Of a stretch of 64,000 nucleotides of DNA, positions 24,447 to 39,207 are shown piece after piece (positions within the stretch are counted from its first letter, which is position 1; each line of letters starts with the position of its first letter). This DNA comes from Octopus vulgaris (taxonomy: Eukaryota). The stretch lies in assembly GCA_951406725.2 (NCBI GenBank), contig OX597835.1, positions 34,844,001 to 34,908,000 on the forward strand, given 5' to 3'. The position numbers were made by a program, and so were the translations under genes. The notes beneath the pieces were generated by a model that worked only from the letters and a program-made list of their open reading frames with translations, was not told the DNA's origin and did no database searches.

Positions 24447-25427
24447 GTACAACTTTTATCTTTGAATTCTTCATTTTAAAGGTGTATTCCTGCCTAATGC
24501 AACGCAATGGTATCTCCAACTGGAGTAGATTTTAATCTAAAAACAAAGAAAATTGCTTAAATAGCACACGCACACACTCTCTCTCTCACACACACACACA
24601 AACACACACACACAAACAAACAAACAAACACACACACATGCACGCACACATACGCATCCCACCAAGAAAGTCGAAGAATTTTGTGGATAAAAAGGTAATT
24701 AGTTTGGCTCTTACTTAATCGTAAAAATTTTGCTTTTTATATTGTTTTAATTCTTTCTGATTTTGGTTCAAGGCCTCAATTTTTAGGAGAGGGAATGAGT
24801 CAATTTTTTTCAACCCCAGTGCTTAGGTGGTTCTTATCTTATCGGCCCCAAAAATGGTGATGACAAGCCAAGTCGACCTCGCCACGGTTTTGAACTCAGA
24901 ACGTAACAAAACCCAGAAAACATGCTGCTAAGCATATTGTCCGACACAGTAACGATCTCACCACATCACCCAATCATTATCGACCCGGATTTCTGGATTT
25001 TCCGGTTTTCTAGAAACAGCCTAAATATATATATATTTAAAATATAAAATAAACTGTGAAAACAAAAGAGCTAAATTGTATTTAACAGATTCAAATCAAT
25101 ACAATTCTAAAGTAGTGTCTGTTAATTATTAATCCATTAAATTTTTTTTAGCATATCGCAGTGTCCCATAAAATATTTATAGGATGAAAATTAAATGAAG
25201 AAAAGTAAAGAACAGGGTTTTATTTAACATATACAGGTACAAATCAATACAATTCTAAAGCAAGGTCTGTTTAAAAAAAAAACAAGTACTGGGATCGATT
25301 TATTTTACTAAACGTTCAAGGTGGTGTCACAGCATGGCCGCAGTCTAATGACTAAAATGAGTAAAAAAATCCGCGTAAAAAAAGTAAAGAGAAAAACTAT
25401 TTTTAACACACCGTATGCAAATTAACC

Positions 25428-25735
25428 GTGGAGGCACATGGCCTAGTGGTTAGAGCAGCGGACTCGCGGTCGAGGGATCGCGGGCTCGAATCTCAGACCG
25501 GGCGATGTGTGTGTTTATGAGCGGAACTCCTAAGCTCCACGCGGCTCCGGCAGAAGGTAATGGCGAACTTCTGCTGACTCTTTCGCCGCGACTTTCTCTC
25601 ACTCTTTCCTCCTGCATCTTGCAGCTCACCTGCGACGGACCGGCGTCTCGTCCGGGTGGGGAACCTATACGCCAAGGAAACCGGGAAACCGGCCCTTATG
25701 ACCCAGGCGTGGCTCGCGAGAAGGAACAAACAAGA
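25428..25735 (+). mobile_element. tRNA(Arg)-derived SINE, family C (octopus OR-type)
   Basis: Head gtggaggcacatggcctagtggttagagcagcggac-tcg-cggtc..gctcgaatc with an Arg TCG anticodon-like loop. Confidence 0.75.
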
Positions 25736-25913
25736 AACATGCAAATTAACCAACTTCAAAAACAGGGTCCGTTTACTCAATACAGGGTACAAAAAATAGT
25801 ACGGTACAGCACAGTATTCCCGGATTTCTTGATACCGGAGAAGAGGCCCGTTTGCGCATTATATTTGGATATTAAAAATTTAGAACGAAGCTATTGGCTC
25901 TATAATCATCCCA

Positions 25914-26365
25914 AAGGCGGCGAGCTGGCAGAAACGTTAGCACGCCGGGCGAAACGCGTAGCCGTATTTCGTCTGCTGTTACGTTCTGAGTTCGAATTCC
26001 GCCGAGGTCGACTTTGCCTTTCATCCTTTCGGGGTCGATAGATTAAGTACCAGTTACGCACTGGGGTCGATGTAAACGACTTAATTCGTTTGCCCGTCCT
26101 TGTTTGTCCCCTCTATGTTTAGCCCCTTGTGGGCAATAAAGAAATAAGAAACGTTAGCACGCCGGACGAAACGCGTAGCCGTATTTCGTCTGCCGTTACG
26201 TTCTGAGTTCAAATTCCGCCGAAGTCGACTTTGCCTTTCATCCTTTTGGGGTCGATAAATTAAGTACCAGTTACGCACTGGGGTCGACGTAATCGACTTA
26301 ATCCCTTTATCCGTCCTTGCTTGTCCCCTCTATGTTTATCCCCTTGTGGGTAATAAAGAAACATA
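25914..26365 (+). mobile_element. SINE family B, two tandem copies
   Basis: ggcggcgagctggcagaaacgttag..gagttcaaattcc..ccccttgtggg..aaagaaa repeated. Confidence 0.85.
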
Positions 26366-26848
26366 TATAATCATCCCGTTCAAAAAAAAAAAAAAAGCCC
26401 ACAATTTGCGTACTCGCTATGACATTGAGGAGGTTCTTCGTTCTATAAACTGCATACACCATTCACTGATATGGCATTTATTCGGCAAAGCGATGTTTAA
26501 GTTTACTACATTCTTATAATGAACTGTACTCGATGAATTAGCTTACATTTGTTACAAACTTATCTGTTTCGTCATATGCAGTATTACCTTTTCAAGGTGT
26601 GTTTTATAAACAAAAAATTCAAGAAAAAAGCATTCCTGATAATCTAAATTTACTGATAACTATGTGTTAGCATTTAGATTATTGCGCCAACGCAATGCAG
26701 TTCATTGTCTTTGTTTTGAACTAACATGCCTTAAAGCTCGCAGCTTTGAAATTTCGATTATGTGATTGCTTATGTTAAGAATTACTTCTTAGAGTAGGTG
26801 TGAGAGACTGGATCTGGCTGCTTTGAATGCATAACAGGTAGAATATTT

Positions 26849-27129
26849 GGATCTTTTCACTTTGACCGGCAGATTTTTAAAATAATTTCTTTGTAACTAA
26901 ACACTTTTAAACTTCGTATACTGGTAGTGTGTTACATAAAACATCTTTTTCTGTTGGCTTTCTTGAGAAAATTCTGTAGTTTGTAAGCTATTTGTTGTTT
27001 AATTTCTTGCATTTCGGCAATTTCAACCAATCAATGACGTCTATTGAGGTGAATACAATATCTGCCGTATTTTGTGTTTAGTTACAAAGAAATTATTTTT
27101 AAAATCTGCCGGTCAAAGTGAAAAGATCC
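26849..27129. mobile_element. Merlin-like MITE (relative of 4504-4943)
   Basis: Long TIRs ggatcttttcactttgaccggcagatttt..; perfect 8-bp TSD gaatattt. Confidence 0.8.
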
Positions 27130-27769
27130 GAATATTTGGAATAGCCAACTCTTAAGCATGCAGGTTACCCTATCAAATGTCACGTGATCGAGTGACCGAC
27201 CAGGCTATCAAATGTTGCTACACATCGCTAGTCACAATGCGCTTCGCATTGTTTTAGCCTTCAAATGACGCCACCCCGCGAGCAGGCCTACTGAAGAAAG
27301 AGTGAGAGAAAGTTGGGGCGAAAGAGTACAGCAGGGATCGCCACCACCTCCTGTCGGAGCCTCGTGGAGCTTTAGGTATTTTCGCTCAATAAACACTCAC
27401 AACACACTGTCTGGGAATCGAAACCGCGATCCTACTACTGGGCCATTGCGCCTCCACCTATCAAATGTATTGCTTATTTATTCATATTGTTAAGAATTAA
27501 CATGAACTAAATCTCGTAGCTTCGAGATTTCAATATGATTGTTTATGTAAGGTAGGTGTGAGAGGCCGGTTCTGACCTGTTTGATTACAAAACAGAATAT
27601 TTGGGCTGGATATGGTTGGTTTAAATGCTAAAGGGCTGACAGCAGGCCCCTGCATTTTATTTGCTGCAGAACCTTTATATGGTTTCCATAATGCATCGAG
27701 GAACCCCGACCTCTACTTTTCGGACAATCGCTTCCTCCGCTACCTTAATTTTACATATGAATTCTTTTA

Positions 27770-28100
27770 TTCTTTTATTCTTTTGCTTGTTTCAGTCATT
27801 TAACTGCGGCCATGCTGGAGTACAACCTTAAAGGGTTTTAGTCAAAGAAATCGACCCCAAGACCTCTTCTTTGCAAGCCTAGTCCTTATTTTACCTGGGG
27901 ACGTAAACACACAAGCACCGGTTGTCAAGCAGTAGTGGAAGTCAAACACAAACATAGAGACACATACAGATAGATATATACACGCATATAATATATACGA
28001 CGGGCTTTTTTCAGACTGCGTCTACCAAATCCACTCACAAGGCTTTGGTCTTCCCGAAACTATAGTAGAAAACACTTGCTCAAGGTGTCACGCTGTAGGA
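27770..28100 (-). mobile_element. SINE family A, diverged
   Basis: Homologous to 22930-23355. Confidence 0.7.
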
Positions 28101-29099
28101 CTAAATAAAGTCAAGGCGATTTTTCGTGGTCACGCCATTCAAAGTCCAGCGGGCCCGCTGTTTGCCCATAACTGCAAGAGAAAGATCTCATCGACCCAAT
28201 AGGTCACAGAGTGGGATCGATCCCGAAACGTCGTGATTATGAAGTAAATTAATTAACCATTCAGTTACATCACACCTGCTAATGTAAATGTGTTAGACTA
28301 TAATTGTAATTATTGATATAACTATAAATAAACCAAACTACAGCAAAATATTCGTTTCTACTCTAGGTATAAGGCCTGAAATTTGGGGAAAGGGGCCAGT
28401 CGATTAGATCGACCCCAGTACGCAACTGGTACACATGCACACGCACACACACACACAGATATATAACCACGCACACATACATACATTCTAAACACACCCT
28501 CAAAACACATTCCCATTGAAATAAATAAGATACTTTTCCGAAAATCACGCAGAAATCATAAGCCACTCAGCCATGGAATATCTTTTTATAACCGAATAAT
28601 CCTTATCCTTAATTGGTTTTATAACCATCTTCAAAAATCTCCTGACATAATTTGCAAACACAAAACCATTACAGGTGGCCCGAAAACATACCGAAACAAA
28701 CTTAACAAAAGTACAGCCTGAAGTAGATCAACAACTTCATAAACGAATTAAAAACACTCCGTTCATCACAAAATAACCGAAGCAGAAAATCGCTGGCGTT
28801 TAGCAAAAGGAAAATGTTAACTTATAAATATAAATATAAAACCACAATCACACCAGCAAGCATGAATATATCAACAAAACCCAGTTAGAACATGGGAACA
28901 CTTGAACGATTTACGCCTGAAGAATGCAGTGGCGTGGAACTCGAGAGTCGCGATATGAAAATTCAGTGCCTGACTGCTTGACTGTCTGCCTGTACGTCTT
29001 TCTGTTCGTCCGTCTGTCTGTCTGTCCGCCCGTCCGTCCGTCTGTTCGTCTGTGCGTCCGTCCGTCCGTCCGTCCGTCTGAATGTCTGCCTATCTATCT

Positions 29100-29510
29100 T
29101 ATTTCTTTACTGCCCACAGGGGGATACAGACAGAGGGGACGAACCAGGACAGACAAACGGATTAAGTCGATTATATAGACCTCAGTGCGTAACTGGTACT
29201 TAATTAATCGACCCCCGAAAGGAAAGTCGACCTCGGCGGAATTTGAACTCAGAACGTAGTGGCAAACGAAATACCTATTTCTTTACTACCCACAGGGGGC
29301 TAAACACAGAGAGGACAAACAAGGACAGACAAACGGATTAAGTCGATTACATCAACCCAGTGTGTAACTGGTACTTAGTTTATAGACCCCCGAAAGGATG
29401 AAAGGCAAAGTCGACCTCGGCGGAATTTGAACTCAGAACGTAGCGGCAGACGAAATACCTCTAAGCATTTTACCCGGCGTGCTAACGTTTCTACCAGGTC
29501 GCCGCCTTAC
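29100..29510 (-). mobile_element. SINE family B, tandem copies
   Basis: Reverse complement of 25914-26365. Confidence 0.8.
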
Positions 29511-30445
29511 TACAGAAAAATATCGAAGTATTTCGATTTAGGATTTGGTTTGCAAGATTCTTTATGTGAGTTCGTGTGTTGAAGCATATTCTGTTGTGTC
29601 TGGGGAGAGCCATTTTCTTTTCTTTTTTTGTTTGCCTTATAATTTAACAGAGTCAAGACTATTGAAAAGGTTGCAAGACGCAACGAAAATTTCAGGAAAA
29701 TAAAAATAAGAAATAAGTGGAAATTTTAGCGGTGAGTGTGTTAAATTATAAGGCACAAGAACAAAAGGACTCTCCCTTGACACAGCAGAATATTAAAGTA
29801 CTTTCTTCTGTATTCAACAAGTGAAACACAGCATCAAATGTTGCATTCAAATTTTGTGCTTTTAACATATTCAATCCATAAATTGTGTTTGATTTTACAG
29901 ATGGTTCACCTTTTTGTTGTAATGAACGGTTTCAGGGACACTAGGTAACTAGTACCGCACTGTTCATTAGGAAATAGGAATAGATAATGATGCCATGTCA
30001 TAATTAGTTATAATAAAGAAAGCAGCTTATCAGTTAGTAGCGAAGATATAAAATTTTACTAAAAGAAAAGAAATCATTAAAATCTACGTTGTCTAGAAAA
30101 TTCTCTAAAAATTCTAAATTAAAATATGTTCTCTCTGTTTCTTTTTTTTTTTTTTTCGTAATTGCTTCGTTATTCATAATTATGGACACACGTTTCGGTC
30201 AGAGATTTAGATTTTAATATTCAATGATAAAGAAAGCTGCTTATTAATTAGTTATTTACTAGGTACTATTTACCCAGTGTCCTGGAACCGTGCACTACAA
30301 CAAATAGGTGAACCATCTGTAAAATCAAACACAATTAGTTATTCTAAACGAAAGCATTCATTAAAGTCTACATTGTCGAGAAAATTATAAAAAGTTGTAA
30401 TCTCTTTCTCTCTCTCTCTCTATGTATATATATATATATATATAT
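29273..30445 (+). repeat. Local segmental duplication, copy 1 (copy 2 at 39441-44430 is interrupted by the LTR element)
   Basis: Collinear SINE + fold-back + unique sequence; 30338-30430 resumes at 44311-44400. Confidence 0.85.
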
Positions 30446-30492
30446 ATTGTGAGAAATGTAAATTTTTATATATATATATATATATATATATT

Positions 30493-32334
30493 GTGAGAAA
30501 TGTAAATTTTCAACGATCACCACTAAGAAATAAACATCTGAGGTATCTTCGCAACATCACCAAAGAAATCAATTCTATGGATTGGTTCAATCTGATAAAA
30601 CTGGATATCTGTACAAACTTGATAAAGACTATTATTTGGAATTACTTAAAAAAGAAATTCAGAAAAAGTATAAAATTGCTGATAAAAGAATACTTAAGAA
30701 AGCCAACATTGAGGCTATGAAAATCATGGAGAAATATAACCTACAAATGAAGACAGAACCACTTGATCCTAAGCAACCTCGGTTCATTTTGAAGGATCAC
30801 AAACTAAATTTTTTTACTAACCCATCATTAAGGCTTATCTGCCCTTCTAGCTCTGACATCGGTATCCTTAGTAAAAATATACTAGATAAATATATTCCTA
30901 ATTTAATTAAAACATTAAAACTTAGTTTATGGACTAATTCGTTTGAAGTAGTTGACTGGTTTAGTTCTATTACCAATAAGGAGAGTACTAAGTTTATCCA
31001 GTTTGATATTTCCAATTTTTATTCATCTATCAATCCAATAGTACTTAATAAGGCACTTTGGCTTGCTCATAACAAAGCTGGTCTCACCTGAGAAGAAATT
31101 AATCTTGTGTTGGCAGCCAGAAGATCTATTATTAAATTTGATGATAAGTTGTGGGTCCGTAAAGACACACCAGATAGTTTCGATATACCAATGGGAAGTT
31201 CTGATTCAGCACAGATAGCTGATTTGGTCTGTATATATATTCTTTTTGAAAAGGCTGAAGAGTTTCCTAACATTTATGGAGGTCTATATCGTGATGATTG
31301 TTTACTTTACCTCCAAAATGTTTCCATCCAAAAGGTACAAAAAGTTAAGAATAGTTTAGTTAATTTTTTCAGTAGAATGGGCTTAAAAATCGTTTTTGAT
31401 GACGATATGACGAAGGCAAACTTTTTAGATATTACGCTTAATTTACACATGGAATCTTACTTCCCATATCGTAAACCGTTGACCAATCTTAAGTACATTA
31501 GCAAATTTAGTAATCATCCTGGAGCAATTACTAAGAACTTAGTTAAGAATATTTCATTTAGATTATCTAAATTATCTGCTAATGTTGATATTTTCAATAA
31601 TAACGCTGAATTCTATAACTCTGCCTTGATCAAAGCAGGTTATACAGAGAAAATTTTCTACATTGATTCTGCTCAGTGTAATTGTAAATTCAATAATGTC
31701 GATAAGATTTCTAGTTGTAAAAGAATTATTGATAACAAACATAACTTACGCACCGATACAAAGCGAATGAAGGCAGATAACCCTTATTTAATCCCCTATT
31801 ATCGATCTAAAAGTAAATATAACACCTTCAAAAGTAATTACGCTATGAATACTAGTAAAAATATTTGGTTAATAATTCCTTACAGGAGACAAATTAAATC
31901 TAATCTCCCACTGCTGTTTCGTCAAGCTATTGCTAGGAATTTTCCAAACAATTCGAGATATCACTCTATTATCAATTCACATAAGGTTAGGATAGGTTTT
32001 TCAAACACAAAAAAACTCTTGCAAATTATCTCTTCTCATAATAACAAACTGTTAAATATTAATACACTTACTAATACTAACATTAATTTAGCTAATACCA
32101 TCCAACCCTCTAGAATTATTAATAACAAGGTTATTGTATCTGAAGTCAATTCCAATAGAATTAAGTTTATGTCAAGTAACTCTAAGATTAAAAATACTAT
32201 ATACCAGTGTATAATCAGTACTCGTAATAAAGTACAATTTTACATTGGTAGCACATCGTTAGAGTTGTCTAAAAGAATTTCTATCCATTACTCAACATTT
32301 AGGGATAGAAATAAACGGAATAGTACCGGATTTT
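30493..32334 (+). mobile_element. Penelope-like retroelement (RT + C-terminal GIY-YIG), truncated and degenerate
   Basis: QSDKT, LKDHK, LRLICP, FIQFDISNFYSSI, FDIPMGSSDSAQIADLV, GLYRDD, NFLDITL, YRKP, SNHP, then IYQC..FYIGST..KRISIH; in-frame TGA at 31089 and a probable frameshift near 30580. Confidence 0.9.
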
Positions 32335-32339
32335 TTAAC

Positions 32340-32438
32340 CTCAAAAAAAATTCACCATCATTTTTTTTTCCCAGCTCTAAAAATGCTTTATAGTTATTTC
32401 CCCTTACAAACCTGAGCAACGCCGGGCGATACTGCTAG
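32340..32438 (+). mobile_element. Helitron 3' end abutting the PLE (repeated at 32965-33029)
   Basis: Matches the end of 60592-60985: cctgagcaacgccggg hairpin then CTAG|T. Confidence 0.7.
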
Positions 32439-32677
32439 TATATATATATATATGTATCTATCTATCTATTTACATATTTTTTTTACTTGTTTCAGTCATT
32501 TTGACTGCGACCATGCTGGAGCACCGCCTTCATTCGAGCAACTCGACCCCGCGACTTATTCCTTGTAAGCCCAGTACTTATTCTATCGGTCACTTTTGCC
32601 GAACCGCTAAGTTACGGGGACATAAACACACCAGCATCGGTTGTCAAGCAATGCTAGGGGGACAGACACACAAACAT

Positions 32678-32778
<101 letters not shown>

Positions 32779-32799
32779 TATACATACACACATATATAT

Positions 32800-32950
<151 letters not shown>

Positions 32951-33069
32951 TTTTTGGCTATACACTCTCTAAAAATGCTTTATAGTTATTTCCCTTACAA
33001 ACCTGAGCAACGCCGGGCGATACTGCTAGTATATATATATATATGTATCTATATCTATTTACATATTTT

Positions 33070-33762
<693 letters not shown>

Positions 33763-34508
33763 AATTTCAAGCTTCTTTATTTTTGACAATTTCAACCACA
33801 CTTTCAATCAGAAAACTAATGTTAATCCATTGCGAGATACCATTTTTTCTTAAAACTCTGCGACTGGGTGCTATGAATAATGCACTTTATACCATTACTA
33901 CTAATTTTCTATTTTTCACCATATTTATGTGTACTGTATGTTGTCATTTAAACGTAAATGTTTTATCTAAAAGTGAAACTTTCAAATTCCAACAGGTTTC
34001 CTAGCATCACCTATAATGCAGCGCCCGAGTTCCAGCTTCCATGATGCAAGAGCTGAATAACCATCACCTGAAGTGCTTCTTTTTTTAACCCAAAGCCTTT
34101 TTTCACGGAGATGTATTATTATTGTGGAACCTCAGTTTCTGATGTTGCAATTTGTTACATACACGTTGTACCATATTATTAAAACATTGTATGTTAAGAG
34201 CTAAATTATTAAGAATATATATATATATATATATACAGGGAGAGTTTACGAAAAAAACAAAAGACGAAGACTGGTGGTGTACAAAACAAACAGATGTATT
34301 AGTATTCCGCTCTGGAATAGAAAAAGTCTTTTACGTTTCGAGCCTATGCTCTTCTACAGAAAGTGACACAGAATAAAACAAGGAGAGAAACAAGGAGAGA
34401 AAAAATGTGTGTAGTGGCTAATGATCTATCATGCCAACACTATATGAAAACTAAAACAAAATTTCAATGAAGAATATCAATGGAATCCTTAATTTCTTTG
34501 GGTTAATA

Positions 34509-36368
34509 ATGAATCGCATGTTCCTTCGAATATCCTATATATCCCTTGTAATTATATTATGTCTACTTTGCCATACATGGTTCAAATTGTATTTACCTCT
34601 CGTCAAAACTTCTAAGAATATGTTAAGTTTTATAAGCAACAAGAACAAACATGAGAAAAAATTAGAAAACACATCGAAAGATGCGCTTGCAAACGAACCT
34701 GATAGATATCTCATTGATACAATTGGTTGTAAAATATTAGCAATTGATATACCTGAAACTAATTTTAACATTAATCGTTCCTCAGTAGTATGCCCTGGTC
34801 CAGCAAGGTTAACAAAAGTCGTTGGTGCAATGTTGTACGTGAACCAATCAATTAAAGCAGTTCATTACTCGAACAAAATTAAACGCTGTCAGAAGTGGAA
34901 TATTAAACGAGGTGACAACGATAATAGTATTGTTCTTGGAAAACCGATTACCTTTCATAACCAAACGAAAATTGATGCAGAGTTCAGTTTGATAAAATGT
35001 GAAGGAGTTAATAATTCCGTGTTATATACAGATTTCCACAGTCGTATCATTGATAAAGAACATGTGCAGAAGAAGTTGAAATCTCAGTCTGGTAAAAGAG
35101 CTGAAGATCGTCCGCTTAGTGTTCTTCTTATTGGAATTGATTCAACGTCTCGCAATAGCTTCTCTAGGCAAATGCCTCGTTTAAAGAAGTACCTTCTAGA
35201 AACACTAAAAGCTTATTCGTTTCCCGGATTAACAAGAGTTGGTGTGAATACTCTTCCGAATATAATACCGTTATTAACAGGAAAATTTTTGAACGAAAGT
35301 AAATATCACCAAGGTATGTCTTTTGACTCAGTAGATTTTATATGGAAAAACTATAGTTCCAAAAATGCTATAACACTTTTGGTAGAGGACCGTCCAAGAA
35401 CTGGAGCCTTTAATTTTTACCGCCGTGGCTTTGTGAAATCACCGACTGATTTCTATATTCGACCGCTGACACTTGCGATGGCGAAGAATAGATCTCACAA
35501 AGAATTCTGTGTGGGCCCTGTCACCGAGTCTGAACAAATTATACATTATACCAAGCAGTTTCTAAAGTTGTACGGGACATCTTTCTATTTTGCTTTTATT
35601 TTTTTCACAGACTGGAATCACGATCGCTTGCATGGTGCGGCTAGATGGGAAGACAAGCTTTTGGGGTTTTTTCAGTGGCTTCATCAATCAAAAACACTAA
35701 ACAACACTTTACTATTTTTCTTCGGGGATCATGGTTACCGCATGGGTGGATTTCGTACAACTGTCGCTGGAAGTCATGAAGCAAATTTACCTTTTTCATT
35801 TTTTATTGTCCCAGAATGGTTCAAGATCAAACACAAATCAAAAGCCAATTCTATTCATAGAAACCAAAATCGTCTTGTGACACTTTTCGATTTTCATGCC
35901 ACTCTTTCTGAGAATCTGAACAGAGGGGAACAAACTCGAATGATGACGAGTAACAGAAGCATCAGTCTTATGTCACCAATACCAAGTAACAGAACTTGCA
36001 AGGGAGCAGAAATACCTGCACAATTCTGTGAGTGTTTCTCAGCAAGAAAGCAACTGAGAGTTAAAAATGTGAACGTGACCGAAGCAGCCATCGCTGTTGT
36101 GAAAACACTGAATAAACGTTTAGAAAAAGCAAAAGCGAAAAAATGCGCAAAACTGAAATTGAAAAAGGTAATACGTGCTTATAAATATAGAACTACATAC
36201 TCAGTAACGTTAAAAGTGTCACCAAGTGAAGGAGTTTTCCAATCTTTGGGAGAGTATCGTGGGAAAAACTTTCACCCGTTTGGAGAAATTTTACGAATCA
36301 ACATATATGGTAACCAATCTCATTGCGTCAACACTCCTAACCTGAAACCGTTTTGTTTTTGTGTGTGA
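34509..36368 (+). CDS. DUF229-family protein (alkaline phosphatase/sulfatase superfamily), type II membrane, paralogue A
   Basis: Uninterrupted ORF (upstream ATG at 34467 also possible); N-terminal TM ISLVIILCLLC; motifs LLIGIDSTSR, VGVNTLPN, ED.P, WNHD, FFGDHG, NQNRLVTLFDFHATL, RTC..AEIPAQFCEC, RINIYGNQSHC..KPFCFC. Confidence 0.9.
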   Translation: MNRMFLRISYISLVIILCLLCHTWFKLYLPLVKTSKNMLSFISNKNKHEKKLENTSKDALANEPDRYLIDTIGCKILAIDIPETNFNINRSSVVCPGPARLTKVVGAMLYVNQSIKAVHYSNKIKRCQKWNIKRGDNDNSIVLGKPITFHNQTKIDAEFSLIKCEGVNNSVLYTDFHSRIIDKEHVQKKLKSQSGKRAEDRPLSVLLIGIDSTSRNSFSRQMPRLKKYLLETLKAYSFPGLTRVGVNTLPNIIPLLTGKFLNESKYHQGMSFDSVDFIWKNYSSKNAITLLVEDRPRTGAFNFYRRGFVKSPTDFYIRPLTLAMAKNRSHKEFCVGPVTESEQIIHYTKQFLKLYGTSFYFAFIFFTDWNHDRLHGAARWEDKLLGFFQWLHQSKTLNNTLLFFFGDHGYRMGGFRTTVAGSHEANLPFSFFIVPEWFKIKHKSKANSIHRNQNRLVTLFDFHATLSENLNRGEQTRMMTSNRSISLMSPIPSNRTCKGAEIPAQFCECFSARKQLRVKNVNVTEAAIAVVKTLNKRLEKAKAKKCAKLKLKKVIRAYKYRTTYSVTLKVSPSEGVFQSLGEYRGKNFHPFGEILRINIYGNQSHCVNTPNLKPFCFCV

Positions 36369-38400
36369 ACCGTTTGATTTCTATTTAATCGTCTTTTGTA
36401 CACTCATATATGTTTCCAAGATATTTTCCAGCATTTTACTCATTCATCTAAATAGCATAACATAATTATAGAGACTCTTCTATTAACAACAGCCAGGATT
36501 GGTAAATAAACTATTGTATTCATGAAACGGGTCTCGTAGTTGAGCGGTGGACTTTAAGAATAGACATCACAAACTCATAGAGAAGGAAAAGAGCCACGAA
36601 TTCGTTGATCGTTTCCTTCTGAGAAAGAGTCTTTTGTTCAAAATATTTAACTCTTTACATTTATGTTCATGAGCCTTTTCTTGGGAATTTTTACTCGTAC
36701 TTTTCTCAATAAGGTCGTGATAACTATTCCGAATGTCCGCCAAGCAGGTTATTTTGCACCCGTCTCATGAGTGTGTTAGATTATTTAAATAGATTATTTA
36801 AATAGAAAAATTGTCTATCAATAATGGGAAAGAGCTTAATTATATTTATCTAATTTTATTAAATAAACCAGTCAGTTATATCTCAAGTGGAATAGAAACC
36901 TTGATATCTTTTTGATACCCTCTGATATCTACTGTAATACTCCATGGCAGAAACTGTTTGAAAATAAATTATATTGCATTTCCTTTCAGTATTTGTTGGT
37001 TTTGTGATTGTTCTTTTTCCCTATTGTTCTTCATTGAAACATCATTTCACCAATTTCTAATTGATTGAATATAATTGGAATTTAGCACATTTTCTAAATT
37101 AAGTTTTGTCGTTACCTGAATAACTGCGAAGGTGCGTGGTCTAGCGGTTAGGGCTTATACTCCCGATCTCGAGTTCCTTGTTTCGATACCTGGACCGTGC
37201 AGTGTGTTGCGTTCATAAAGAAAAACACTTCATTTCACATTGCTGCAGTCTACTCGGCTGTAAATGGGTAACCTTGCAGCGCTCTAGCGTCTTTTTCAGG
37301 GAGAATGTTGTGATCCATTAAACGTAACAGAAACCAAGTAACCGGCCCTATGTCTCACCGTGCTGGATTTAGTGGGTGACGAGGGGCAATCGCATTGGGT
37401 CTCTCTTGATACTGGGGCCCTCCTCGATATTGGGACCCCTTTCTACGAAGGATATAAAGCACTCAATACTGGAGGGCCCCTCCTCTTTCCACCAACCTTA
37501 CATGTATTGCATGTAGAGGTTGTATTTCAAACTGCAGACACCTCGACTTCCTATAAAAATGAAATGGCTTCTCTTTAATGATAAATGACCACAGGTTTTC
37601 TTCACTTTAGCGACAACAATTTGAGCTTAAAATAAAAAAAGACGGAAAGCAGATTTTTCCACTTTAGCGACATCAGTCCCTCAAAGCAGGAAATGACAGA
37701 AAATTAAAAACTACGACTCCTGAAAATGTATGTATGTATGTATGTATGTATGTATGTATGTATGTATGTATGTATGTATGTATGTATGTATGTATGTACG
37801 GACGGACGGTACGGACGGACGGACGGACGTACGTATGTATGTATGTATGTATGTATGTATGTATGTATGTATGTGTGTGTGCTCGCGCATGTGTGAGTGT
37901 ATATAGAGATTTAAAAAATAGATTGAAAGAAGTCTTACAACGTACGACTGAACTTGAAATGAACATTTGCAAAGGGCCTACACGCACGCACGAACCAACA
38001 CACACACGAACACACATATACTGGCACTGCTAAACTTTATTATTTCAGTGGAGCATTGAAATCTTCCTTCGGCCTTACATGAAGAAGTAACAAAATATGT
38101 TCCAAAATTTAAATTTTGAATTTAGTTTTAATTATTAAATTGCATCTCTCAACAGCTAAAAGCACTTTTTTCTGGCTTTAGAATTATTCCACATATGTTC
38201 AAATGTTTCTCATGAAATTAAACCTTTTTCTTCGGTATCTGGGACAAAATGAGTAATTTCTGATTGTTTTTTTTTTTTTTTTTTTTTTTTTTCCTGACTT
38301 GTTTGAAAACATTTTATTGTATTTCACATTCTGAAGCATTTGCAACTCGTATTAAAAAAAACCTTAACCTCTTTTCCCTCCTTTAATATATTTTCACAAT

Positions 38401-38630
38401 AAAGACGGTGAGCTGGCAGAAACGTTAGCACGCCGGGTGAAATGCGTAGCTGTATTTCGTCTGTCGTTACGTTCCGAGTTCAAATTCCGCCGAGGTCGAC
38501 TTTGCCTTTCATCCTTCCAGGGTCGATAAATTAAGTACCAGTTACGAACTGGGGTCGATGTAATCGACTTAATCTCTTTGTCCTTGTTTGTCCCCTCTGT
38601 GTTTAGCCCCTTGTGGGCAATAAAGAAATA
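38401..38630 (+). mobile_element. SINE family B
   Basis: Homologous to 25914-26145. Confidence 0.85.
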
Positions 38631-38926
38631 TATATTTTCACGATAAAGAAAAAGTCAAACACCGCAAGTGGATGTGTGAAATACGAAATTAAAAGTTTGG
38701 AAAGAAAAGAAACATTTCCAGTCGTTTAAAATGAACAAAAGAAATATTTTTTAATTGAGGAAAAGTATGATAGGATAAAAAATATCTCTCGTTTTCCTTT
38801 CTGTCTACCATATAACAACAGCTTGTCACAGCAGCACCTTGTTTCAAGTAAAACCTTATATTTATTTCTATTTGTTTTTGTATTGCAAGGGAGGTGAAAA
38901 AAATGACCCTGTAAAATTAAATTTGA

Positions 38927-39207
38927 GGATTTTTTGGTTTGAACGGCAGTTTTTAAAAATAATTTCCACGTAACTAAACACTTTTCAACTTCGTATACTG
39001 GTAGAATGTGTTTATAAAACATCTTTTTCTCTTGGCTTTATTGAGAAAATTCTATAGTTTGTAAGATATTTGTTGTTTTTTTCTTCAATTTCTGCAATTT
39101 CAACCAATCAATGACGTCTATTGAGGTAAAAAACATTCTGTGCCGTATGAATATGTCCCACGTTTAAGAAACAGATTGGGTTTATTTACATTTGTGAAGA
39201 AAAAAAG
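38927..39207. mobile_element. Merlin-like MITE, 3'-truncated
   Basis: Matches 4504-4780. Confidence 0.75.

Noticed and set aside
25428-25505. tRNA-Arg gene
   Set aside because: It is the head of a multi-copy SINE; no proper acceptor stem or terminator
31089-31091. In-frame TGA in the PLE RT as selenocysteine or readthrough
   Set aside because: Some PLE clades are reported to use Sec, but this copy also appears frameshifted near 30580 and is 3'-truncated, no SECIS is visible and the position does not look like a conserved Cys; a nonsense mutation is simpler
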